A DNA stretch of 64,000 bases, from the NCBI GenBank assembly GCA_028534125.1, contig CM052818.1, positions 12,650,001-12,714,000 on the forward strand, read 5' to 3'. This stretch comes from Lama glama (Eukaryota). Every line of letters begins with the position of its first letter. The first letter of the stretch is position 1. The notes below the pieces were generated by a model that was not told where the DNA came from, did no database searches, and saw only the letters and a program-made list of their open reading frames with translations. Of the stretch, positions 13,995 through 27,005 are shown piece by piece. Made by a program: the position numbers and the translations under genes.

Positions 13995-14160
13995 GTGTTG
14001 CTTAAACTCCTTTAATTGTAAGTACCATCTAGCGTACACATTCTGGGTCCCCATACTGATTTTCAGAATCAGAATATCTGGAAAGGACGTCTTTGAGTTA
14101 TTACATTGATGGATATGCCAAGTGATTCTTACCTTTTGTCTGGAGTGCACAGCCCTGTTC
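13995..14160. mobile_element. MER5-type hAT-Charlie MITE fragment
   Basis: cattctgggtccccatactgattttcagaatcagaatatctgg...ccaagtgattctta. Confidence 0.55.
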
Positions 14161-14699
14161 CACATGGTTGCCTTGCTAACTGAAGGCAGAGTAGTCTGAA
14201 AGTAGGCAAAGATCACTGCTGCTTGAAATACAGTTGGAACACCATGGAACAACAAAATTAGGTAGATTAGTGAGGTAAGATTATGGATCTTTCCAGCACA
14301 GCCTTTTAGAGTAGACGTTATTGACCACCTAGAGATCATCTTTTGTTAACTATGTAACAGCATGAAAAGACCGGAGCAGGAAAACAGATAAATTAATATA
14401 GATGCTTATAATTTCAATCAATAAACTGCACACATTTGTATCCTCAGCGTCTGGTTTTTCTGGTGTCCCACCACTGAAGTGTATAGATAGTCACCAAGAA
14501 GACATTCTTTCAGTGTCTGAAAACAAAGCATAGTGCTTTACACTAGTCACAGAGTGAGCTTACATGAGTGTTTTACACACATGAAAGTGGAATGGAGTAT
14601 AGAGGAACCACTCACAAGTATTTCTGGATTCCTCTTGAATCTTTCAGGATTTCTGGACTAAAATACCTTGAATATTTTCATAGCATAGCATCTGTGAAA

Positions 14700-14728
14700 C
14701 ACACAAGCACACACATACACACACACAC
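14700..14728. repeat. Imperfect (CA)n microsatellite
   Basis: cacacaagcacacacatacacacacacac. Confidence 0.8.
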
Positions 14729-14867
14729 TTCAGAATCCTATTTAATGACGTTTAATTTCAAATAAACTGCTCACCATTCATAGTAACCCAAATACCTATT
14801 TTTATGGCTAAATTAGAAAATGTTTTTAAAGCCATACATATGGAAATTAAGATATCCACATCTAATG

Positions 14868-14955
14868 CTCTCTTTCTCCCTTACCTTTCCCTCTCTTCCC
14901 CTCTCCCTCTGCCTTCTCCATTACCCTCCTCCTCTTTCTCTCCATCTCCCTCTCA
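14868..14955. repeat. CT-rich low-complexity polypyrimidine tract
   Basis: ctctctttctcccttacctttccctctcttcccctctccctctgccttctcc..., about 88 nt almost purely C/T. Confidence 0.85.
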
Positions 14956-15230
14956 TTTTGAAAAATCTTAGGATTCTCCTATCTTTTCATAATTGCTAAA
15001 ATTTTCATGCTTTCAGTCCCCTTCATTTCATTCCAATTAATGCTTGTCTTCTTTTAGCTCTTCCAAGTATTATTTTCAGCTAATCACTGCAATTTTAAAA
15101 ATGTGCTGAGTTTAACTGGACAACAACTAACACTATTCTCCCTTTTAGATTCAGCTCATTCTCTTTCTTCATGAAGCTTTCATAAATCATGCCATAATAA
15201 TTCCCCTTATATTTAACTAAGAGCACATAC

Positions 15231-15810
15231 TATATTACATACCTATTGCTGCATAACAAGTTACTCTAAATCTTACGGCTTAAACAACACACATTTAGTT
15301 TCATGTTTTCTATGGGTCAGGAATCCAAGCATGGCTCACCTGGTTCCTTAGCTTCAGGGTCTCTTGCAAGCCTGCAATCGACATCTCAGCCCAGGATCAC
15401 ACTCAGCTCAAGATTTGGTTGGGGAAAATTCTTCTTCCAAGAGAACCCAGGCAGGATTCCATCTCTTGTGGGTTGATGGACTGAGAGGCCTCAGTTCCTT
15501 GCAAGTTGTTGGCTGTAAGCTGCCATAAATTCTTTGCCACATGGACTGTTTCAGAATGACAGCCCTCTTGATCAAAATGGGGAAACTCAGAGAGAGGGAG
15601 AAAGAGCGAGCGAGCCAACACAAGAGAGAATACTAGTAAACAAAAGAAGTCATGATTTTTAACTTAATCATCAAACACAGGTAAATCAGTTTTTCTGTGT
15701 TCTATTCATTAGAAGTAAATTACTATGTCCACCCATACTCAAGGGGAGAGAGCTGCATCAGAGTGTGAATACCAGAAGGCAGGAATTACTAAAACTGTCT
15801 TCCACTCACC
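15231..15810 (-). mobile_element. MaLR solo LTR, MLT1F/MLT1E-like
   Basis: ctattgctgcataacaagttactctaaa...gggtcaggaatccaagcatggctc...tctattcattagaagt...gtgtgaataccagaaggcagga. Confidence 0.85.
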
Positions 15811-16689
15811 CAGCACCCATTCACTTAACAGCCTGAGGATTTCTTTACCTGCTCTATCATCATATTGCCCTTATTTAAAATTATTTCCTTATTTTAATTT
15901 TCGCTTTGCCAACAGGAGGCAAATTCCTTGATCCTTACTTTCCTTGTTCTTTTATGATACATTGCAATTGCTGTATTTTACCTTATTCAAGTCAGTTAAT
16001 TCAACTCTCTTCTGTCTCCCTAGAGATGGAGAAGGAACTTAAATAAGACTTTAAGTTGCACTACTCACTCACTTTGTGCTTTGTGTTCCACAGAACATAA
16101 AATCATTTTCTCCGTCAACTGTAGAAAATGTGCACACAAGTGACCCAGAGCACACTACTGTGTACTTCAAAACATACAGAATGGTAGTGTTTGTTTTTGC
16201 TAATTGTTTATATTGAAAGAAAGTGGGGTTTTCATCACAGCTAGAGCTAAAACTATTATCCTTTCAACTATATTGCATTTTACTGAACACAATTTCTAGT
16301 GTTATGATTCTGGATTACACAATACAATCAGTCTTCAACCAAGCTTTATATAATGACTTTCTACACATCTACAGACTGTCAAAATCCATATTGTATATCA
16401 TATCTTACAGAAGTGGTTTGCCAAGTCTGTACTCTTATTTATTCTTATTAAGATTCCCTACGAGACTCTTATTTTAGTCATCTTCTTAACTAAGGACTAT
16501 AAATGAGGGATGCCTTGATCTGATTGAAGCCAGAAAATCAAAGTGACATTGTAATCTTATTTAGAAATCAGCATATCTTTCCTTCTATTATGCCAATATA
16601 AAACATACAGAAGTATTTTTCCTGCCTTTTCCAGAGAGTAACAGTTTTTGTTCATATCAGGAAAGTATATGATACATTTTTTTCATATC

Positions 16690-17880
16690 CTGCTAACACT
16701 CAGCAATAATGCACTTGACAATCTAGTGGCTTTACAAATGTAATTATAGATTTAATTTGCATTTCCCTGACTAATGGAGAAATTGAACATCTTCTCAAGT
16801 GTACTTTGACTCTTCTGATATTGTCTTTTTATATAATTTTCCCTTTTTTCATTGTTTCTTATTAATTCATAGGATTTCATAGACACTGTAGTTATTTTGT
16901 CAGTCTCAGTTTTCTTATTTATTGCAGCATCTGTCATACACATTTTTGGGAGAGGGCTGGTAATATAATATGTCCATCATGCCTTCACAGGCTTAAGGGG
17001 TTTCTAGTTTACTAAAGGAGTTACATTCTAATTTTCTTATTTAAAACTTTTAGGAGTCCGACTTTCTATTCTATCAATTAGACAGCCAGTTATTCCAACA
17101 TCATTTATTAAATGAATTTTTACAAGATTAAATTCAGTATGTGTTCACCTTGGATTCCCATAGAGAAATCATAGATTGTCTATTTTGTTCCTCTGGCAAT
17201 GAATAAATATTTGATCTATTTGCTAGTTTCTGAGACAAACTTTTGATTAAATTGGCCATGACTTAAACATTTATATCTTTTAAGACCAGTCCTCTCATAA
17301 CTACTCATTTTTATCATTTTCTGAATTTTTTATACTTCTTTTGAAATATGCACTTTAAAATCATAGATAAACACATACATTTGTTTGGTTTTAATTGCAT
17401 TACTTACATGGGTTAATTTAGAGATTGCTATTTTGATGATACCAAGTCCTCCCTAGTAGGGATGTATTATATTGTTCTACTTGTTGAAGTCCTCATTTTC
17501 ATTAGTAAAATTACATAGCTTTTACCATTTAGCACTTTTAGATCTGTCTTGCTTCTTTTACCCTTAAATATTAATAGCTTTTAGTGCTACTGTAAATGAA
17601 GTTATTTTTCTATGTCCAGTTGGCTATTTTAAGTAGACACACAAAAAAGATAAAACTATTGTTTTTGTGTATTTATCTTATTTCTATCTGACATCAATTT
17701 GTTTAATTTTAGTAACTTGCTATCTTCTAAAGGAATATTATATGATTATATAATCATAATACCTACTGAGGTGTAATTAGTTAAAAGTTTATAATGTAAT
17801 AATTTCTTTCTGTTAATACTTTTATAATGACACTCATTTTATTTACATGTTATGTTGGTGAGAATTTCAAAATGCTGGTT
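16690..17880 (-). mobile_element. Old L1 (L1ME-type) ORF2 fragments
   Basis: tttaatttgcatttccctgactaatggagaaattgaacatcttctc; ccagttattccaacatcatttattaaat. Confidence 0.7.
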
Positions 17881-18339
17881 AGTAATTATGCTAGTAACTA
17901 TTCCTACCGAGCTCCTGAGATGGTCTGGCTTTTAGCATTTTGTATTCATGATATTTTTTGCTGTTCGTCTTGGGTGTATACTTCTGCATGGGATGAGAAT
18001 TACATGAGGGAGTTGCCCTTCCTTTACATCAGCAGAAAATACATGGCCAGCTGGAACAAATATACTTTCCAATTTTCACTGTTCACTTTGAGCTTAAAAA
18101 CTTGAGCAATATGAAGAGTTTGACTTAAACTAATGAATACATATAGAGCAACAAATATATTTAAGGGAATGTGGGAACCAAGAGAAGAAAAAGCAGATTA
18201 ATATGTGAAAGAATATGTTTCCATTGATACTGAATTGTTGTAAGAACAAGATAGCAATGCTATTTACTTCAAATACTGAGTACTCAAAGAGATCCAATTA
18301 AGCAATACAAAATGTTTTATGAGAGAAAAAAAAAAGTGG

Positions 18340-20750
18340 AGACATCCAGTTTCAGCTCCACTATATAAAGAGCTTAGAAGTCATAGTCCAATCTTTAAAA
18401 CAAGAAAAAAGTTAAACTAAAAATCAGTAAACTTTTCTGGAACCATCAGAGAAATGAGGCTGCAGGGCAAATTGCCCACCACCGTGATATCTAAAAAGAC
18501 AGATAAACTGAAAGTCACAGCTCAGCTGTGCTTGTCTATAGCAGAAGTCACTGCAGCCATAAACTGATAAGAACATTTAAATGGCATTTAAATGACTTTC
18601 TGGAGACTAAGAGTAGACTAGTCAATAGAAACTTTCCAAAATCATATACAGAGAGAATGGTGGGGGGAGGGGAGAAGGGAAGAACAGATCATCTGAGAAC
18701 TGTGGAAATTTTTCAAAACATATATACAATTGGAATACCAGAAATACGAGAAGGAAAATAGAGAACAGAGTAAAAGAAATACTTGAAGTAATACTGACAA
18801 AGAATTTTTTAAAACTAGTCATACACACTAAACTACAGATTCAGGAAGCTCAGAAAACATTGAGCAATATAAATACAAAATAAAACAATAAAGAAGGAAC
18901 AGAAATCTATACCTGTTATATCCTATTCAAGAAGCAAAACCCAAAGACAAAGAAAACATTTTGAATAATGCCATTTTGAATGACATTTCACCTACTGCTG
19001 TGAGCTGTACTGTGTCCTCCCAAAAGATACGCTGAAGTCTTGATTCCTGGTACCTATTATTGTGAGCTTATTTTGAAATAGGGTCTTTGCAGGCATAATC
19101 AGGTTAAAGTGGGGTCATACTGGATTAGGGTGAGGCCTAAGCCAATGAGTGATATCCTCATAAGAAGAAAACTGGGTCACAGACTCACAGAGGAAAGAAC
19201 ACCATGTGAAGCTCGAGGCAGAGATTGAAGCGGTGCATCTATAAACCAAAGAATTTCAAAAACCGCTGGCACTTACCAGAAGTTAGAAGAGAGGCATAGG
19301 ATGGTTTCTACCTCAGAGCTTTAAGAAAGAACCAACTCTGCTCATGCCTTGTTTCCATTTGTCTAGCCCTCACAACTATGAGAAAAAATTTCCTGTTGTT
19401 TTAAGCAACCCAGAGTATGGTGATGTGTAATGGCAACCCTAGGAAACTCATACGCTTCAAGGAATAAAGACAAGAGTTACAGAAGGGTCTCTTCAGAAAC
19501 CACACAAGTAAAAAGAGTATGACATAAAATATTTAAAGTGTTTTTTTTTAAATCATCAATGTAGAATCTATGTCCAGTGAAATTATCTTTCAAAAGTGAT
19601 GTAGAAATAGACTTTCTCAGGCAATCAAAAATTGGGAGAATTTATCACTAGCAAACCTACTCTGTAAGAAATGTTAAAAGAAGTTCTTCAGAGAGAAGGA
19701 AAATGATATAGATCAGAAACTGATGTTTAAAAAAAATATTGTAGAAAGAAAAATGAAAGTAAAATAAATATTTGTATTCTTAATTGATCTGAAAGTTAGC
19801 TGTTTGTTTAACGTAATAATAGTAAAAACACTTACTGTTGGAGAAGTGAAATGCATTGCACCAATGTCAGAAGGAACGGGAGGAAAAAAATCAGCAAATA
19901 GTAGTGTTATTTGCAGAGGGACTTTGATTAGTCTAAGTGCATAACAAATTCCAGGGCAAGCACTAAATTTATTATTATAAGAAATGTAATTTAAATGCTA
20001 ATCAAGGAGATATAATGAAAACATATAAAATGCTCAGTTTAAACCAGAGAAGGGAGGGAGGGGTAAGACCAAAGAATAAATGCAATAAATAGAAAACTAG
20101 GTAGGTAGCAATCCAAATATATCAGTAATCGTATTCAGTGTGATTCATATAAATATAGCAAATAAAAGACAAATACTGTCAGAATGGATTATAAAAAATA
20201 AGACTCAACTATATTGTCTACAAGAAATCCACTTGAAGTATAAATGTTTAGATAGAATAAAAGTAAGAAGATGGAAAAATATATACCCTGCTAACACTAA
20301 TGAAATTAGTAAAAAGCTAGAATAATTAATTTCAGATAAAACAGACCTCAGAATAAGGGAAATTATCAGTTATAAAGAGAGACATTATATAATGATAATG
20401 ATAAAGGATCAAATCTCTTAGAAGAAACAACAATCCTAAACATGTGTGTGTGTGTGTGTATATGACAACATAACAACAGATCATCAACAAACATGAGGCA
20501 AAAGCTAGTAGAACTGGGAGAAATAAACAAATGCAATATTATAATAAGAGACTTCACTATATCTCTATCAGTAATTGATAGAATGAACATCCAGAAAATC
20601 AGGAAGTATACAGGGGAACAGAACTATCAATATACTTGATCTAATTCATATTTATAGAATACTCCAACAACAGTAGGATATACATTCTTCTCAAGCTCAC
20701 TTAGAACATTTACCTACACAGACAACATTCCAGGCCATAAAAACCCAACA
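18340..20750 (+). mobile_element. Old L1 5' half (5' end, ORF1 remnant, ORF2 endonuclease), L1MC/L1MD-type, interrupted by MLT1C
   Basis: ORF 20140-20325 KTQLYCLQEIHLKYKCLDRIKVRRWKNIYPANTN matches the L1 endonuclease motif CCLQETHL..RLKVKGWKKIY; ORF1-end signature atgtccagtgaaattatctttcaaaagtga; tacacattcttctcaagctcac. Confidence 0.9.
18996..19454 (+). mobile_element. MaLR solo LTR MLT1C, essentially full length (459 bp)
   Basis: tgctgtgagctgtactgtgtcctccc...aaatagggtctttgcag...gaggcagagattgaagcggtgcatcta...ggcaaccctaggaaactcatac. Confidence 0.92.
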
Positions 20751-21342
20751 ATTCCAGGCATTACAGATCATCCAGAAAAGTAAATTAGCATAGTTAAATT
20801 TGGTTTTAAAGTGTCTGCTTCAGTATTACAGATGACAATAAAAACTAGTAAAGCCAATTATGAGTTGTTTGTTAGAAAAATTTTAATAGGGTAGAATTAT
20901 CTCCAAAGTTTGAAAAAATTTTGCCTTAATATTTTATGATTTCCAAGACTCATTAATTACTTTGAAAAAAATGGGAGTACAAATAAGTGAAGGCAAGAGA
21001 GATCAGGTTTATGAAATTCTATACTTTTCCCAAAATAAAGCTCCTGGATGAAAAGCCCATGATTAATTTAATATCTACTCTAATTCACAAAACCTATTCT
21101 AATAAATTGAATATTATTTATTTTTAGTCTTTGGTTTTTGTTCAATAAAAGACACTTTATTGGACCAGTTTATATTAAAAATACAGCTTTTCTATCCACA
21201 GATAAAGATGTATTTAATTGTTCTACTTTTCAAAATTATAAACATGATTCAATATTGTACTAATCAAAATTGTCCTAGGAGCTACTAAAAGAGGAACTCT
21301 CATGCACAAAATTTACAAAGAGTATTTATTATAACATGATTT

Positions 21343-21407
21343 TTTAATTGAAGTATAGTCGATTTACAATATTGTGATAGTTTCAGATGTACAGCAGAGG
21401 GATTCAG

Positions 21408-21449
<42 letters not shown>

Positions 21450-21520
21450 TTTTTCAGATTCTTTTCCATTATAAGCTATTGAATATAGTTCCTGTGCTAC
21501 ACAGTAGGTCCTTGTTTGCC
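21343..21520 (-). mobile_element. 5'-truncated artiodactyl-type L1 3' end with internal (TA)19
   Basis: aattgaagtatagtcgatttacaatattg...gtacagcagagggattcagtta...aatatagttcctgtgctacacagtaggtcc; TSD acatgattt (21334-21342) / acgtgattt (21521-21529). Confidence 0.9.
21409..21446. repeat. (TA)19 microsatellite
   Basis: Perfect TA run read directly. Confidence 0.97.
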
Positions 21521-21611
21521 ACGTGATTTATAATAAGGGAAATGTGAAGGAAAAAAAGAGTTAATGCCAAACAATATGATGTGACAGATAGACAAAAGGA
21601 GGATAAATAAT

Positions 21612-21635
21612 TGTGTGTGTGTGTGTGTGTGTGTG
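21612..21635. repeat. (TG)12 microsatellite
   Basis: Perfect TG run read directly. Confidence 0.97.
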
Positions 21636-21679
21636 TTCTACAATGCTTGTCTTCTCTGCGTTCCCTCAGCTCTCTGATC

Positions 21680-21930
21680 TGTGTTGCAAGTTGGAGTATT
21701 CTCCAGGAAAGAAGAATCTTAGGTAGAGTTGAATGTGTGGAATGATTATTAGGGTCAAGGGAGAAATGTGTTACAATGCAGGTCCTGTGGCTTCAGCCAA
21801 CCCTACAGGGAGCTGTGGAGCTAAAATAGAAATGGCCCACATTTTGCCCAAATGACCAGGCTCTTGACTCAAGCAGTTATTGGCTGTGGCCTGCTTTTAG
21901 AAGAAGAAGGGTACTTCAGTCTGAAGTAAG
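21680..21930 (-). mobile_element. ERVL LTR fragment, LTR40-like
   Basis: gcttcagccaaccctacagggagctgtggagct...cagttattggctgtggcctgc. Confidence 0.55.
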
Positions 21931-22780
21931 AGTAATATATATTTTTATAATAAATGACTGTTTTCCACAGTCATTCCATGGGATACACACACACACACAC
22001 ACATATACATACACAGCATAATATTGATGGGCTCCATAAAGATATGGTTCTAAATCAAAAAAATTACAAAAGCTCTAATGTGGAATACATACTTCAAAGC
22101 TATAAGTGCTAATTATTAATTTAACAGATAGCAGAATTAATATAACAAAACAACAATGTTCCATCTCTCAGTCTCAGGGCTGGTGCCATGCCATAAAAGG
22201 AAGCTCAAGACTTAAAAAATAGTGAAAATCTAAGAAAAATGACAGTAGAATTCTTTTATTTATATGTTTTGTTTAATCGTGCCAATTTTTTATTTATTTG
22301 AACTGTAAAATAGCAAACGTTGAAGAACATATCTTGTGAATTTATCAGCACTCTAGCAAACATATTTCTTCTCTTCTACTTAAAAAGTAAGTTCTAACTA
22401 TGTACGAATTTCTTTTAATGTGAGTAAACAGATTCCTAACATGAATGGGCAAAAACAGAATATTTCATTTTACATAATTAAATTAATAAACTGAAGAGAT
22501 TGTTGTGTATTTGCATGTGTGATCACTGACTAACACTGAAGAGAACTATTTTTCTGCAGGTAAATCACTCAAGGTGGCGATCTTTTCTTAAATTTCAGTC
22601 TTAGAAAAGTAGTATTTTAAAACATGAGACAATGGAAATTTTATTACAAAATGGAAAGATTTATTACAGAAAGTGCCGAGGAGATGCAGAATAAGTCTGT
22701 CTCTTTAACAAAGCGCTCTATCCATCATCCAAAATACACAATATTTTACTTTTTTTTTCCTGCCAATACATATCTTGGGC

Positions 22781-22930
22781 AGTGTTATAACACAGTGATA
22801 AAAGCATGGGCAACGAGGTACCCACTTTTTAGCTAAGTGATGCTGAGCAGTGCATTTGGGTTCTCTCAACCCCAATTCCTTCATCAGTCAAATAGGAATA
22901 AGACACAATAATAACCCACACAGGGCTAGT
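22781..22930 (+). mobile_element. MIR SINE
   Basis: agtgttataacacagtgataaaagcatggg...caattccttcatcagtcaaataggaataa...cacagggctagtg. Confidence 0.7.
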
Positions 22931-23387
22931 GCCCGTAACGCACGTGCCATCTCATATGATCCTTTTCACTTACTTACTACTATTTTTACTTGAATTTTTT
23001 CACATAGAAATATAGTCATTTTTGAAGGAATATGTTGTTAATGTAAAGAAAATACAGGTATTTATTAATAGTCACCCACCCTGTTAGATCATTTCCCTTA
23101 CTCATAGGGATATGGTATACCTTGTTATACCACAGCACCTCAATATTCTGCATTTAATATTTGTCTTACCACTGGATTAAGACACTGGCAAAGAACTACA
23201 AATGCTTTGGAGTTTTTTCCTATTATGGTTTATTTAAAAGGGAAGTAAAAGTGTACACAAGACAGCACAAATATTTAAAGAATACAGAACCTCTACACAG
23301 TTTCTGATGATAAATACAGGGATTCAGGAAAGCTTCAAACAATTTTAGTTTACTTCAAATTAGGCAACTAATATCTAGAAGGAAATA

Positions 23388-23480
23388 GATGTTTTACAGA
23401 TGAGAAAAGTGAGTCCAGATAAATAAAAGAATTTGGCCAAGGTCAAAGAGCTTTTAAGGGGCCTAATCAGACATAAACAA
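23388..23480 (-). mobile_element. MIR fragment
   Basis: gttttacagatgagaaaagtgagtccaga...atttggccaaggtca. Confidence 0.7.
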
Positions 23481-24859
23481 AGGCTATCTCCTTCCTATAA
23501 TTTCCCTGCAGAAAAACTAATGTTTACAAAATGATGCATCCATCAGTATTATAAATCAAATAAAATTTCCAGATGAGTCACAATAATGTGACAGTTTAAA
23601 TTTGTCAGAATGTTGAACAATGTGTGTGTGATTTATTGTTCTGGAGCTGCCTCATACAAGGAAAACAGAAAGAATCATCACTCAGAATGCTGTCAGACTT
23701 CAATAGTCCACTTGTAAATTCCCATTATAAGGGCCTGAGAATTTCCTATGCAAGGTTTTTTGTGTGCTTGAAGACAAATTAATATATAAAATTAAGCCTT
23801 CTTTTTCTACATTGGCTTTCCATTAATTCTTTTTCTAACAGCCATTTTGGGTAACAAAAGATAAGGCAAATGTCAATATAGTACCTAACTAAATTGATCT
23901 GGAATCCAAATTATTTGATAAGACCTGAAGGAATGAAAATTTACTTTAATAGATATTGGGATGGTTATTTTATTATTATTAAACCATATTCACTATTATT
24001 CACAGTGTCTTTAATGAAATAGGCTGTTGGGACCAGCTGACAGTGGAAAACTTTCACTAGAAAGATGAAAAGATCAAATTTGATTCTTTTTAAAGTCCTT
24101 CTATATAAAAAGTCATAGTTTTCAATAAGATGCCCTGTTAAGAAGTCAGTATTTATAGACTATTCTTACAAATGACTGCTATCAAAGTACTTTGAGGCAG
24201 AAAGAAAAAAGTGCTTAGTGCTAAATTTGTGAGAGATCATGTGAACAGAGTAGATTTAATAAGACTTCATAAATTTCAAAAGTAAATACATAAATAAGTA
24301 ATCCCTAGAGTTTGCCAAAATCTACATACTTAAATTATTTCAGTTTCTTGAGTTCCAACCAGTAACACCAAGATTCCTACTTTAGAGTATTTTTTTGAAA
24401 TTCCAATCAAATTAGCCATAGTTTAACAAGTATAGAGATTTTCTTTATTTTCATGAAGACTACCAGTGTAATACCTTATTTTGGATAAGATTCAGTATGC
24501 CCTGTTGGGTCTAGAACTAACTCCATGAAATTTGGTATGATGGCTACATGGATAAATCCAGAATTTCTAAAATACTTGAAATTCATTTTGATAAAATAGG
24601 AGTATGAAATGAAGGTCTCACCTCACCAAATGTTCATTACAAGCTTAAAGGAAATTTAAACTCTCAATTATTTCCAGAATTGCTTCCTTTGCCATAACCC
24701 TGCACACGCATGTGCACGTGAACACACTCACACATAGAGACGAAGGGGGGATAATTATAAACCAAGAAATTTGTAGAATTTAGATTTCTTGTAATAAATG
24801 GATGTGCCCAGGATTGAACTTTTTTATGTCCAGTACCATACTGTTCTAAGTACTCCCAG

Positions 24860-25600
24860 AAGATAAACTGAGAAAAGTATGGTTCCTCTTCCTAAGAAGC
24901 TTACCAGCTAAAGAAGAGAAGGTAATATGGAGAAACGACACACAAATTATTATTATTACAAGTACAAAAAGTTCAAAGAAGAAAAAGACGTCTTTTGAAG
25001 GGATTAAGAAAGGCAGCTTAAAGGAAATTTTGACAGGTAGAGGTGGTAGTGATAGGGGAAAAAAACATTCCAAGTAGATGAGATGGAGTGGGGAAATTCA
25101 AGGGAAGGAAACAGTATTTGGAATAGAGTATTTGTTGGGAAATAGTGAGTTTAGCTAGAAAAATATGGTGACCCTAGAGTCAAAGGGCCTTAGATGGCAT
25201 ATTATTAATGGCTAAGTCATTAGATCTCCAGGTTACTGTGCAAGAAAGTGATATTCTGAGCTTTCTTTTAGAAAGAATAAGCTGGAAGGAGGATCGAGTA
25301 CAGGGGGAAAATGTTGAGGCAACTAATTATTATAGAACTCTATTTAATATATAAGGTCATTAGAAGATAACCAACAATGAAAATATTGTGCTAAGGCAAG
25401 ATATTAAAATAAAATTTAAGATATAATGAACAGTTCACTCATTCATTCATTATTTTATTCACTCATTCACATATTCCAGTCGATGACTATTTGTGTGCCT
25501 AACATGGCCAGACACTGGTGCTTTTAGGTGCCGGAGAAAACAGTAAGAATAAGAAAGGTAGAGCCTTTCCACTCAGGAAGCTGACATTCTAACAAGGATT
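24860..25600 (-). mobile_element. L2 fragments, including an L2a 3' end at about 25430-25600
   Basis: cattcattcatt...tgtgtgcctaacatggccagacactgg...ccactcaggaagctgacattctaa. Confidence 0.7.
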
Positions 25601-25770
25601 AAACATTCTTGACAATAACCTGGCAAAAGCACCTGCTGCCATTATATAAAAATAATTGTTTGCAATGTATTTTTCCCAGCACCCTTACCCAAAAAGGATC
25701 CATTCATACCTTTCTTCATCCAATTATGTAGTAATGATTCCAAAGGAATCAAATCTATAACAATCAAATC

Positions 25771-27005
25771 TATATTTCCATTGCTGCTTTAACAAAATGA
25801 GTAACTCCCCCCTCCACACACACACACATACTTATCATACATTCATGAAGATCAAAAGTACAAAATCAGTCTTATTGGGCTAACATCAAGGTGTTAGCAA
25901 AGTTCGTTCTTTCTGGAAGCTCTGGAGAGAATCTCTTCTTTGCCTTTTCCAGCCTCTAGAGGCTGTCGACATTTTTTGGCTTGTAGTTAGATCATTCTCA
26001 CTTCTGCTTTTGTAGTTGCATCTCCTCTCCTGTCCTTTAAGTACAAGCAGGGAGCATTTCTGCTGGTATTACATTCCCAAGGACCTTGATGGTCTCCCTC
26101 ATACGTCATGGGGATTCATTCTGCTAGACAAGAGTCTTCACAGATCTTTCTGGACAATCTCTTCACTACTGACTTCTGCTCAGATAACTTAGGAAATCCA
26201 TGGCTTATATGCATAAGCTATTAAAAAAGCCCTCTATGTGATTTGTTACTATGACATTTTGATCCGTTAAAGGCAATAGCAAAATTTTGTCTGGCCACAC
26301 CCTTGGCTTTATTTCCAGAGGATGCTTTCCTGATAATGAATCCTTAATATTAGCATTTTTTGAAATCTGAATAATATGAGAATTTCCCAAATCAAGTCCT
26401 GAGGCAGGTTTGGCTCATTTTTGCTTACCAGTTCATCCCTCAAATTATATCTTTCCTTTCACTTCTTAGTATAGAAAAAAGAAACCAAGCCACACCTCCA
26501 ATACTTTACTTGGAAATCTCTTCAGCTAAATATTCAAGTGCATCACTTACAACTTCAACTGTCTACCCAACTGTAAGATAACAATTCAGTTAAATGTCCT
26601 GCCATTATATAGCAAGAATAGCCTTTCCTCCAGTTTCCAGTAACATTTCTTTGTTTCCTTTTGAACTCTTACCATCAGTGGCTTTAATGTCCATATTTTG
26701 CCAACAGTCTGTTCATGATAATTTAAGTATTCTCTAAGACAACACAGGTTTTCCCTACTATGCCTCTCGACTCTTCTGAGACCTCACTAGCATCCCCTTT
26801 AATGCCCATATTTATACTAACAGTCTGTTCAAGGAAATCTAGGCTTTTCTTATAATGCTCCTCAAACTTCTTCGAGCCTCTACCCAATACCCATTTTAAA
26901 AGTGACTTCCACATTTTTGGGCATTTGTTACAGCAGCACCCCGTTTCCAGGTACCAGCGTCTGTATTAGCTTCCTGTTGCTAATGTAATAAAGTACCACA
27001 CAGAA
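25771..27005 (-). mobile_element. MaLR proviral remnant: partial 3' MLT1 LTR (25771-26035), MLT1 internal sequence (26040-26961), end of 5' LTR (26962-27005)
   Basis: LTR: ggctaacatcaaggtgttagcaaag...cttttccagcctctagaggctg; internal start (reverse): cttccacatttttgggcatttgttacagcagcaccccgtttccaggtacca directly followed by tgtattagcttcctgttgct. Confidence 0.88.

Noticed and set aside
26723..26914. 63-aa ORF
   Set aside because: Lies within decayed MaLR internal sequence
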